A stretch of 64,000 nucleotides of DNA from Saccostrea cucullata (taxonomy: Eukaryota): the NCBI RefSeq assembly GCF_032062105.1, contig NW_026930709.1, positions 186,001 through 250,000 of the forward strand, in the 5' to 3' direction. The translations under genes and the position numbers were made by a program. Under the pieces are notes generated by a model, which was given only the letters and a program-made list of their open reading frames with translations, was not told the DNA's origin and made no database searches. Shown one piece after another: positions 12,145 through 23,958 of the stretch; the first letter of the stretch is position 1, and every line of letters starts with the position of its first letter.

Positions 12145-15100
12145 TGAAAATTTGACACCACAAAATAACACGGACCAAATATAAAATCAGTTCCTGTTCT
12201 GGCCACAGTTAAATGATAAGAGAATTCTTAAGTTGTTGTTGTATTTTGTAGCTCGTTAAAATATCGACCAATTCTAGTAAAGCATAGTTGGAAAACAAAC
12301 TCCGACACAACCTTTCAACATCATATTGCAAGCTATATGCAGACACTGTACTTTGGCTTAAGAAGATGCAAAATACGTGGTTTTACAGTAATTTACCATC
12401 TGTGCCTCCTCCGGTGATATGTCCTCCTCTTCCTCCATCCTTTCCTCTGAATGTTTAGATTTTGTGGGTGTTTTTTCATCTTCTAAAAAAAAACCCAACT
12501 TTCTTAAGTATGTGTTATACTTAAAAAAACTTTTAAAAATGGGCTGATAATGAATTCATACATATATCGAAATGATTTTTTTCCCTAGTTGTTTTAAAAT
12601 ATCATATGAATTTAACTGATATATCAAATTACACATAATAATAATAATCAGCATTGTAACATGCATCCATGACACTTCACTGAAACGTGTTTTACTAAAA
12701 TGTCAAACTCTTAGTTTAATGTGTTGGAAGACACAGGGATCAGAAGCATACAATACTTAATTTTTTGCGTCTTTTAATTATGTGTATAAAATGATCATAA
12801 ATAAAGTGCCGCGCCAAAGCATGATACGCCCGTCAAAAAATACAATTTTCTTGAACAGTTTAGCGTGCAAGAAAATCATGTCAACCTTGATTCTAAGATT
12901 TCCATGATTTTTCCATTCCTTCAAATATTTATCCATTCTCTGTGATGTAGGCATTAATTATAATAAATATTACATGATTCTATGCTGGTTGTGACTTGTC
13001 AAATGCCCATCATATTAAACAATATCAAATTAGTCTTAACACCTTAATCTATACCAAATTAATTTTTAAAAGAAAAGGCTGGCCATCAAATGACATATGC
13101 TATAAACTGACCAGCACTTCTTCAGTCTAATCCCCAAAGGTTACAGATAAGACTGATAAGACTGCTTGATCAGATAGCCTTCCTGCATTGAACTCATTAA
13201 TTAATCTTTAACTGGATGCTTGTCTACTCATTACTACCAAGAGATGAATGGGTCTGCACTATCTGCCATAATTTTTTTAAACATATAAAATATTCAAAGA
13301 TTTTTTTTTTGGTTGAGATTTAATGTCCGATAGGTTTTAATATTTAATTCATATGGACACCCCCGATTCCACCCCACCCTACATTTAAAAATTAGTTTTT
13401 AAATTAATAATATTATATAATATCAGATTAGTCTATTATGCAATATCAAATTAGTTTTAATTACTTTTCATCAAATTCATTTTAAAACTTAGGCTAGCCA
13501 ACAAGAGCTATTTTTAATCCAACAGGCTTACCCATCTGCCCAATACCCAAGGGATATAGATAACACCAATGCTCTATCAGTTAGATCCTCACACTCAAAA
13601 CTCATTAATTTCTCTGTAATTTGACATGCAAATTTCTGTTATCAAAATTCTTCTTGGCCAGTGCTTGATAATTACACTCAAGGGAGAGGCAGGATTTCTC
13701 TAACATACATTATATTTGTTATAGATTGCTGTCAAGTATATGCTTAAAAAAATAAGTATTTTCTTGATTTAACACTTTTTTAATAAGGACAGTGCAATAC
13801 TCTTACATTATTTGGGATGCTTAAATGAATAGTAAAAAGACACATTTTTTTTAAAATTTCACTTAAATTAAAGGTCACAGTGACCTTGAAATAGGTCGCG
13901 ACACACCTTCTACCTAAGATGCATAAACTGGCCAAGTTTGATGATTGTAAGTCTTATAGTTTTCTAGTTATGGGCCGGAAAGGATTTTTTCATATTTGGC
14001 TATAACATTTTAATAAAAGGTCAGAGCGACCTACTTTTTGTGCGCTACACACCTTCTACCCAAGATGCATCAGATGACAAAGTTTGATAATCCTAGTCCT
14101 AATAGTATTAAAGTTATGAGCCGGAAACGAAAAAGCTAACAGACAGACGGACGGACACGAAGCCTATAACATAATACGTCCCGTCTTAAGACGGGCGTAT
14201 AAAAATGAAACATTGCATGATACATGTATAGGTCCCTTCACATGCAGACAAAATATAATTGTTTGGGTTTCTTGAACATGGATAAGATGGCTTAGTGTCA
14301 ATGTGAGCTAGTATTCCAAAACATCTTTTAAATCTGGCTCTGCCTACTATTCACTGGACTGATTAGTGTTTGTCAGTAATTCTTACCTTGACTAGACTGG
14401 CTCTGTTCATTGGACTGATTAGTGTTTGTCAGTAATTCTTACCTTGACTAGACTGGCTCTGTTCATTGGACTGATTAGTGCTTTTCAGTAATTCTTACCT
14501 TGACTTGACTGGCTCTGTTCACTGACTGATTAGTGTTTGTCAGTATTTCTTACCTTGACTAGACTGGCTCTGTTCATTGGATTGATTAGTGTTGTTAAGT
14601 TCTGTTGGAGAGGGCTGCTTGTTAAGTCGTTTCTGTTTTATTAACTTGTCAGGTTCCAATTTTGACCTTCAAATATACATGTATTTAACAATTAAAATAA
14701 CTGTACGTTTATAAAGGCTCTGTTACTTAAAGACAATTACCTAAAACTTTCATATATCATCATGTATTAAATTTTTCATGTACATGGACTATGACTATAT
14801 AAAAGAACAAGGAATTCAATCCTTTAGGCATGAGGGTCCTAAGTCTACTCTAGACATGCTAATTCTTTTGATATTTTTCTTGGAAGCTTCTTTCACTGAG
14901 AAGCACCAATCATATTTATTTAAGTTTCAGAAGTTGACATAACAAATAAACAGAAAGTAAAGCAGTGAATAACTACATGTAAGTTCAAGTGTTATCACTA
15001 TGGCCTAACGTGATTGTGATCGGTCAAAAGATAATAAAACAATCAGGAATTTTATGGCAGGGGAAAGTAAAGATAACACTTACAATCTTTTTCTATCAAC

Positions 15101-17640
15101 TACCCTCTTCACCCTCACTGCTCTCTGCTCACTGTAAAGTTTACAAACCACTGCAAAAAATCAAATGTTCATTTCAAAAATAAAATTTTGAAAATTAAGA
15201 TTCAGTTCTGATTATCTTTATCTGTACTAGTAGACAAGTGTTACATTAATACATTGAGATTTCTTTGATTCAAAATTGTGTTTCAATTTTCTCTCATTTG
15301 TTTTGAGTACTTTATTCTCTTTATTTCTTTACTCTTTATTCTATTTATTATACTTGTTATTTTTTTTTTTTTAGCAAATTCTACTCCTAAAGATTCTTTA
15401 AACTCTGCATCTGCATACCTTTCAAATAATCATCTACAAGTTTGATGACAGCTGCTCTGTGTTCTTTTGTCTGAGGTTGAAGTCGGCCATTTAAGTCTGT
15501 TTGAGAAAATTTAAATTTTGTAATAAACAAATAAAGATATTGCCGAACATAGGACAAATAACCTATCAGATTCATGTTTACTAAACTGGCCTTTGTTTTG
15601 CTTTGCAGTGAAATTGTGGATATTAAGTCTCAACTACGATATCTTGGACACCCAGAATATCTTGAAAAATTTTTATAATGTGCCAATACTGAGGTACCAA
15701 TTGTTTTCTAGTAAGGGTAAAACTTACAAGAAAATGAGGTTTTAGGGTAGCTTTTCTGAAGTAATTTTGTAAAACTTACTTTTAATCAGAGTCAAAGATT
15801 CCTGACACATGTGGATCACCTTCTCTGCCTCTTCATCAATCTTATCACGTTCCGTGTCTGTCATGCTGGATGTTTCTGCACTCAGGTGACTACAAAATGT
15901 GTTGATAAGTTATTTTGTATGAATGAGAAGAAATCAAAAATTTCATATTAATTAAAAGCACTTGTTACACACACGCCCTCACATATTTAAGTTATGAATT
16001 TTATATACATTGCATGTAATGGTAATTACTGCAATCAATTACACTGTACATTTATAAATTGTACATAGGGTGAATTCACCATGCATCGGATACCCTTGTA
16101 CTTCAACAAGTCCTAGTGATATCGCTACCGACGGAAAACTATCAAAATGGAGTTTAACATTTAGTATGTGATTAAAATATAAATTTTGGACACAATTATA
16201 TGCTTTTTATTGAGAAAATATTATAAAAAATCGAGTTTTTAAAAATAACTCAGAATTCACCATGGATCGAACATTGTTTACCATGCATCGGACAGACGGT
16301 ATTTGAATTGGGAAAATATAATACCTTCATGACAGTGCTTTGAATTCCTTGATATGGATAAACTTTCATCTTTTATCTAAGAAATAACCCTCAACTTAAA
16401 TATAATTGACGATATCGTTGCACAAATGTAGAACGATTCAAGAAGCCTCACTTTGCCTTAGTAATTCTTAAAATGCTTGAAATGCGGTAATTCGCGCCTT
16501 TTTTCTCATGTGCTATCATACTGTGGTTTGTAGAAATAAATTGAGTCAGATTTTAGACCTCATATATGGATAACTTGTATTTTGACTGAAAATTTAGAGT
16601 TTTTATTTTCTATTTCCGACAAAAACAGCTGTCAGTAGGGTTCTGTATCAAAATGGTCGTGATTACCTTTACATCGGAAAGTGTCCGATGCATGGTTAAT
16701 TTGTGTCCGATGTACGGAGAAATGAACATACTAGTAAAAACCAGCTTTAAAAAGAATTATACAAATATCGAAGGGAAAATTCTTTAAAATTTATGTAAAG
16801 TTGCCAATCTTTGATAAAATTCACCAAAGTCTGATCTGTTCCGTTGAAGTCGAATTTTAAGAACGATAACTCTAAAAATTGCAAAATCATAAATTTCTGG
16901 TTATTCCCCTTTGATGATGTAAAATATGACGTAACTTCAAGGCCATTATCGGAGTATTTTTATCACAACATGATAATAACAATCAGTATCATTAAAAAAT
17001 TTAAATTTTCATCTTTAAGACAGAATCAAATAAATACACGGAACTCTTAAGTTGAAAGAGAGTTTATTGCCTAAAGTTGTCCGAAGCAAGGTATGTGTCC
17101 GATGCATGGTGAATTCACCCTATTGTATTACAAGTCTAAGTCTTAATAATTACCCTCCAGTGCTAACATAGGCTTTCCTGTGTTCCAGTAAGAAGTCTTT
17201 CAATTTTGTGATACTCTGCACCTAAAATAGTTATACTAGTTATACTACTTACACATAGAAGTATTGTATACAAACATGTTTCAATATGGTGACCCATGGC
17301 ATTACATCAGTGTACATTGTATCTTTTCCATACTCTTTGAATGATTTAAATAATGGGATTTAAAAAGAAGCAGATTGCAATAGAAAAGTATACATTCTGG
17401 GAAAAAACAATACATCCACGTACACATGTAAACAGTAAACATGTTTTAATTAACATTTTAAAATAAATATGATGAAAGTCAACATACTACTTCTTTGCTT
17501 TTCTTTTCAAAGTCGCCTTTGTGCTTTGATGATGGTAAAATATTAGTAAACGTCTGTGATTTTTGTCCATCTCCTGTAAATTTCTTTCTGGTTCGTAAAG
17601 CCTTCACTGTTGCTTTGAAAACATTTGTAATATCTGCCAT
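6855..17640 (-). CDS. STX18: Syntaxin-18, 11 exons: 17488-17640, 17154-17221, 15780-15889, 15419-15496, 15084-15150, 14554-14666, 12397-12482, 9528-9586, 7942-8011, 7330-7410, 6855-6950
   Basis: Phase-consistent GT-AG splicing. Motifs: [18 protein letters not shown]; [15 protein letters not shown]; [14 protein letters not shown]; [18 protein letters not shown]; SNARE helix [23 protein letters not shown]; C-terminal [33 protein letters not shown]. Confidence 0.95.
8182..9400 (+). mobile_element. Helentron-associated non-autonomous element (HINE) with ~5 x 166-bp Cg170-like satellite units
   Basis: One end aacaagaggcccatgggccacatcgctcacctgagc; 166-bp periodic core; (cagacgga/caga)n microsatellite; terminal hairpin gctcacttgagccttcggctcaggtgagctaa; inserted in an A-run with no TSD. 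Confidence 0.85.
9661..10646 (+). mobile_element. HINE with ~3 x 166-bp units
   Basis: Same termini and core as the 8182 copy. Confidence 0.85.
10919..12141 (+). mobile_element. HINE with ~5 x 166-bp units
   Basis: Same termini and core as the 8182 copy. Confidence 0.85.
12800..14202 (+). mobile_element. Second HINE family, 1.4 kb (copy 1)
   Basis: aataaagtgccgcgcc...gatacgcccgtc ... (gacg/gaca)n ... hairpin tacgtcccgtcttaagacgggcgtataa. A near-identical copy lies at 39636-42124. Confidence 0.8.
14350..14593. repeat. ~4.3 x 56-bp tandem repeat duplicating the 3' end and splice donor of STX18 exon 6
   Basis: Unit ttcattggactgattagtgtttgtcagtaattcttaccttgactagactggctctg. Donor GT dinucleotides (minus strand) begin at 14553, 14498, 14442 and 14386. 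Confidence 0.9.
16068..17120. mobile_element. Non-autonomous TIR DNA element (~1.05 kb) in STX18 intron 2
   Basis: Perfect 23-bp TIR gggtgaattcaccatgcatcgga, flanked by TA on both sides; internal repeats of ccatgcatcgga; no ORF. Confidence 0.85.
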
Positions 17641-17877
17641 TTCGATGATCTCTTCTTTTCCAACGTGTACACAATCACAATCACAAGGCAAAATTTAGAA
17701 ATGTTTCGAATGCTCCTAAAAACGAAAGTAGAGTTCCGAGTACAGTTTGTTGTAAGGTCCTGAAAACGTTTAAAGTCACGTCAAAAATTGCTGGGCTCAG
17801 ACAGAACATTTGAACTCTTGATTAAAATGTTGACAGGAAGATTTGACGTTTTGGAAAATGCTAAAAAGACATAAAAT
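17641..17877. promoter_or_regulatory. Probable bidirectional promoter, STX18 / TM2D2
   Basis: Divergent start codons only 237 bp apart. Contains gtcacgtca (CRE/E-box-like) and a caggaag ETS-like core. Confidence 0.65.
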
Positions 17878-19294
17878 ATGGACAAAATGAGAAATTTAAT
17901 TAAAGTCTCATTGGTAATTCTATTCTTTCTCCCGTTTGTGATACACTGTGATGAACAAGGGTGCTACAATGGTACATGCAAGTCGGAATACGTTCCCCAT
18001 GGACCTTTGGTTCACTGTAAATACTTGTGAGTATTTGATTCTAATTCTAATATTTGTCAGATAAAGTCTATATAGAGATACAACTGAAATATAATTTGAA
18101 TTTTCTTAGACCTATGGAATTCCTTAACTGTTCTGAGCCTCTTGATTTGAATGGAAATGATACCAGACAGAAAGAGCTTGGGCATGGATGTTTAAAGGTG
18201 AGCTATTAAAAATAGTTAGTAGATTCTCTATTTCATCTTAATCTAATTAAAATCAGATCCTTTGATCCCTTCATTTAAATAGCTACACAAGGATCTGGCC
18301 CTTGTGTAGCGATCTATGGGAGTGGATCAAAGGATCTGATTTTAATCAGATTGTTTCGTCTTTTGCATAGTAAAAAGAATAAGATACTGTTAATGTACAT
18401 GTTGCCAGTGTTCTCAAATATTGTACCATCTTCCTCATCAACTTGGTCTTTAAATTTTCAAAACAGATACCATCTACAGTATTCTGTTTGCGATTGACAA
18501 ATTATTAATGCTTGTTTAGTATGGAGGTCAGAGACATGAGGATATTGAGTATACAGGAGTGGTGTGTTCAGTTCTACAGGGAATTGATTGTTATGGAAAC
18601 AGAACCTTCATAAAAGAGGGCTTTCCATGCATCAAGTAAGTATTATAAATATTTTTGTGAAACATACAGTGCAGTATTTTCCTTTATATCCTGCACACAT
18701 GTAGGTCACTTGTGCATGAAAGAAAAAAGTAGTATATTATATTTTGCAACTACTATTTTTTACCTTCTGTCATGTACATGTTGCTACCACTACCCTTAAT
18801 ATTATACTAGTATTAAGAATCTTTTCTGTACAGGTTAATCTCAGCGAGATGGGTAGAGACTAAAATTTTGGTCTGACATCTAGTAGACGTCAGAACCAAA
18901 TTTTAGTTCTCTACCCATCTCGCTGAGATTATGTACAGGTGAGCTTGAATATAGACCATTACCTCTAATTTTTTATTTAATTAAGCTACAAATGCAGATG
19001 ATGGTCTCTCTCTCAGTATATGTCAAGTGTTCATTTTGCTGATGTTATAAATAGTATCACAATGTTCCATTGTTTGACAGATATAATGGACACTATTTTG
19101 TGACCACCCTCATCTATTCAGTGCTGCTGGGATTTCTGGGTATGGACCGATTCTGCCTGGGACACACAGGCACAGCGGTGGGTAAACTACTGACCCTGGG
19201 AGGAGTGGGGATCTGGTGGATTGTGGACATAGTCCTCCTGGTCAATGGGATGTTGACCCCCGATGACGGCAGTAACTGGGTCCCTTATTACTGA
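17878..19294 (+). CDS. TM2D2: TM2 domain-containing protein 2, 4 exons: 17878-18026, 18110-18197, 18520-18635, 19081-19294
   Basis: Signal-peptide-like N-terminus; [18 protein letters not shown]; [10 protein letters not shown]; TM2 domain [53 protein letters not shown]. Confidence 0.95.
18240..18353. mobile_element. Palindromic MITE in TM2D2 intron 2
   Basis: aatctaattaaaatcagatcctttgatcc ... ggatcaaaggatctgattttaatcagattg; near-perfect 9-bp TSD tttcatctt/tttcgtctt. Confidence 0.75.
18836..18931. mobile_element. 96-bp palindromic MITE with 9-bp TSD (Mutator-like TSD length) in TM2D2 intron 3
   Basis: taatctcagcgagatgggtagag ... ctctacccatctcgctgagatta; exact TSD tgtacaggt at 18827-18835 and 18932-18940. 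Confidence 0.9.
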
Positions 19295-22200
19295 GTTGTC
19301 AATTAATTATAAAGCATGATCTCATTTGTACCAGCACATTGTAAATATTCATATAAATAATGCAGTATATTTTTTATTTAAGTTTTCATTAATGCATGAT
19401 GTTTTTATGCCCACGTAGGCCTAATTGAAGATTCAGGGGTATATAGTTTTTGCTCTCTCCATCTGTCTGTCTGTTTGTCTGTTAATCTGTTTGTCTGTTA
19501 ACCTGTTTGTCGGTAGAAACTTTAACCATGACCATAACTTTTGAATGGGTGGGTCTATGGCTTTTAATTTCAAAGGTGTATTCCTTGTGATGAAACCCTT
19601 TTTGAGTACCACCATTTGACCTCTTGATCTTGAATTTGGAGTTTGACCAACTTTTGAACAGTTAGTACTTCATAGGTTTATTGCTTATGACAAGACATTC
19701 CTTTGGATATCAATAATTACAGCCTTCACTACTGAATTAAATATCCCCTTAGATTCCAAAAAATCCCCTGTTGTCCCCCTGTCAGTCCCTGACATTTTCC
19801 TGTCTCTCCCTGACTTTCTCCTATGATCCCCTGTCGTTGTCCCTGCTCTCCCTGTCCAGTCCCTGTCGTCCCCTGTCGTTGTCCCTGCCCTCCCTGTCTA
19901 CTCCCTGTCGTCCCCTGACATTCTCTGATCTCCCTGTCCAGTCCCTGTCGTCCCCTGTCGTTGTCCCTGCCTTCCCTGTCTACTCCCTGTCGTCCCCTGA
20001 CATTTATTTTGGCCAAGAAAAGGAGTTTAAAAAATATTTTTGTTGCATTTAAGAGTGAAAAATAATATAGTCTTGAAAAATTTAAGTTTTTTTTTTTTTG
20101 AAAATATAGACTTAGTAAAAAGTTAACACATTTTTAAATGCCTTAACAAAATCCCCTGTAATTTAGTTTCTATTACTTGTATCAATGTGATTATTTTAGT
20201 GTGGTAGCATTTCGGGGGAGAAGGACAGAGAATTGCATCATTATAAAGAAGAAATAAATTAGCAATTTATTTCATCTTGTGATGTTAGACGGCTTATACA
20301 TTGTACTTTATGGACCTTTTATATATATTTATAACTTTTTCATTTTTTATTTGATCTACTTTGAAACATCTTTGAGCGTAATAACTGTCTTTGTAAAAGA
20401 ACTAGATTTAAACATTTGAGAATACATTATCAAATCCATGCATGGGATATTTTTGTTTTACCAAAGAATTAAAAAATTAATTGAAAGGAATGATATATGA
20501 ATGTATTAATAAAATAAAAGTCTATTTAATAAATAAAAATTATTAAATAAACTAAAGATATATTTTATTCATTTATTTTCTTATGTGAATAAATCTACAA
20601 CAATGAATAAATAAATAGATAAATAAATAAATAAATAATGAGAATTATATAAATTTATTCATTTATTTTTTATTTTTTTAATTTATCGCTCATTTATATC
20701 CCCCAGAATTTGATTTATTAGTTTTATTTTATTTATTTGCTAAAATATCCTACAAAGTATTTTATTAGCATATTTAAACGACTTTTTATTACTTAAAGTC
20801 CATGATGGATATCAAAATAATCGTCTCATTATGCACAATATTAATCCGTCAATTAGATTTTTGATACTTTGTTTTGATTAAAAAATCGGTTTTCAAAACC
20901 CTAACACGGTTCTGAAACAACATCAAAGCCACTGATGTTTACCAGTAATTAACTCGGGGTACACAGTCATGACACCTATTATTTTTTTTTCACTGACCAC
21001 TATACCTTGTTTATATTGTGACAGGACGAGCGTGTGTAGTTTGCAGCGGTTTGAAATAACATTTTCTCTTTGTATGAGAACTTAATTTTTTTTTTTCAAT
21101 CAAAACAAAATAAAAGTATTAAAGAAACTATTGACGGGTAAAGATTGTGCATGATGAGACGATTATTTTGATATCCATCATGGAAGTAAAATAATTAAAA
21201 GCAGATTTAATATGCTTCAAGAATACTTTGACACACATTTTTTGCGTAAATAGTTTTACATAAAATAAGCCAAACAAAATTCCATTTTCGGGTATTTGAT
21301 TATTTAATTTGTATGTATTGTCAATTTTAAAAATAAAAAAGATTGTTTTTATCATAAATAAATACATGCAGTTAATATTTTTTTTTCTTTTTTGTTTACT
21401 AACTATTCAAAATCAATTATTGTTTTGATTTTAAAAAATTAATTATTCTAAAATGCACCAATGCTCCCTGCTATCTCTTTATTTTTTCTTTCTTTTCTTT
21501 TTTTTTTATATTATTATTATTTTTTTTTTTGAACAAATGGTAAAAAGTCAAACCAGTACTTAACGAATAAAACAGATTACAGCGAAATAAATTCATATTA
21601 AATAAATAAAGTAAAGTAAATGAATAATAAAAAAAATATTAATAAAATATTAATCTATTTAATTTTGAAATTGAAAATAGAACAAATTAATTAATCATTT
21701 TTATCTGCAAGAAATTGTGTTTCTTTAGTTTTATTTTATATAAACACTTGCATCCGTTGATGTTCTACAAAGTATTTTATTAGCGTATTAAAACGACTTT
21801 TTATTACTTAAAGTCCATGATGGATATCAAAATAATCGTCTCATTATGCACAATATTAATCCGTCAATTAGATTTTTGATACTTTGTTTTGATTAAAAAA
21901 TCGGTTTTCAAAACCAGGTTAACACATTTCTAAACAACATCAAAGCCATTGATGTATACCAGTAATTAACTCGGGGTACACAGCCATGACACCTATTATC
22001 TTTTTCACTGACCGTTATACCTTGTTTATATTGTGGCAGGACGACCGTGTGTAGTTTGTAGCGGTTTGATATAACATTTTCTCTTTGTATGAAAACTCAA
22101 TTTTTTTTTTCAATCAAAACAAAATAAAAGTATCAGAGAAGCTATTGACGGGTAAAGATTGTGCATAATGAGACGATTATTTTGATATCCATCATGGAAG

Positions 22201-23958
22201 TAAAATAATTAAAAGCAGATTTAATATGCTTCAAAAATACTTTGACACATATTTTTGCGTAAATAGTTTTACATAAAATAAGCCAAAAGAAACCATTTTC
22301 AGGTATTTGATTATTTAGTTTGCTTGTATCGTTAATTATAAAGATAAAAACATTGTTTTTATCATGATTAAGTACATGCAGTTAATAAGTTTATTTGTTT
22401 TTATTTACTAACTACTTAAAATCAATAATTGTATTGATTTTAAAAAAATCAATTATTCCAAAATGCACCAATAACCCCTGCTGTTTGTCTCTTTTTTCTT
22501 TCTTTTTTTTTTTTATATTATTTTTTTTTAACAAATGGTACAAAGTCAAACCAGTGCTTAACGAATAAACAGATTTCAGCTAAATAAATTCATAGTAAAT
22601 AGATAAAATAAAATAAATGAATAATAAAAAAAATATTAATAAAATATTAATCTATTCATTTTTGAAATTGAAAATACAACAAATTAATGAATCATTTTTA
22701 TCTGCGAGAAATTGTGTTTCTTTAGTTTTATTTTATATAAACACTTGCATCCGTAGATGTTCTACAAAGTATTTTATAAGCGTAGTAAAGCCACTTTTTA
22801 TTATTTTAAATACATGATGGATATCAAAATAATCGTCTCATTATGCACAATATTAATCTGTCAATTTGATTTTTGATACTTTGTTTAGATTGAAAAAATC
22901 GGTTTTCAAAACCCTAACACGGTTCTGAAACAACATCAAAGCCATTATTGTTTACCAGTAATTAACTCGGGGTACACAGTCATGACACCTATTGTCTTTC
23001 TCGCTGACCGCTATACCTTGTTTATGTTGTGTTCAGAGTGACCGTGTACAGTTTGCAACTGTTTGAAATAACATTTTCTCTTTGTATGAGAACTTAATTT
23101 TTTTTTCAATCAAAACAAAATAAAAGTATCAAAGAAGCTATTGACGGCTAAGGATTGTGCATAATGAGACGATTATTTTGATATCCATCATGGAAGTAAA
23201 ATAATTAAAAGCAGATTTAATATGCTTCAAAAATACTTTGACACATATTTTTGCGTAAATAGTTTTATATAAAATTAGCCCCCCCAAAAAATCCCATTTC
23301 GGTTGTTTGTTATTTAATTTGTTTGTCTTGTCAATTTTAAAAATAAAAAAGATTGTTTTTATAATAAATAAATACATGCAGTTAATAAGTTTATTTATTT
23401 ATTTTGGTTTTTTTTTTTTATTTACTAACTATTTAAAATCGATTATTGTATTTATTTTAAAAACTTAATTATCCTAAAATGCACCAATACCCCCTGCTGT
23501 CTCTCTCTTTTTTTTTCTTTTAAAAAGTCAAACAAGTATTTAACGAATAAAACAGATTGCAGCGAAATAAATTCATAGTAAATTAAAAAAAATAAAATAC
23601 ATGAAAAATAAAAAAAATATTAATTAAATATCAATCTATTTCTTTATTTTTGAAATTGAAAATGGTACAAATTAATGAATCATTCAATCTGCAAGAAATT
23701 GTGTTTCTTTAGTTTTACTTTAAAATTATATAAACAATTGCATCCGTAGATGTGCTACAAAGTATTTTATTAGCGTATTAAAACGACATTTTATTATTTT
23801 CAGTACATGATGGATATCAAAATAATCAGCTTATTATGCACAATATTAATCTGTCAATTTGATTTTTGATACATTGATTAGATTGAAAATATCAGTTTTC
23901 AAAACCCTAACACGGTTCTGAAACAACATCAAAGCCATTGATGTTTACAAGTAATTAA

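Noticed and set aside
10378-12178. Repeated short ORFs [12 protein letters not shown]... (and similar ones at 35704 and 40746-41364)
   Set aside because: Chance frames within HINE satellite monomers.
19729-20052. Duplicated 93/95-aa ORFs (also at 31981-32304)
   Set aside because: Low-complexity translations of the GC-rich subterminal repeat; identical only because they lie in the TIRs.
20896-20906. AACCCTAAC in the ~1-kb unit core as a telomerase-template-like sequence
   Set aside because: Only 9 nt, altered in unit 2, and no other telomerase RNA features are visible; likely chance.
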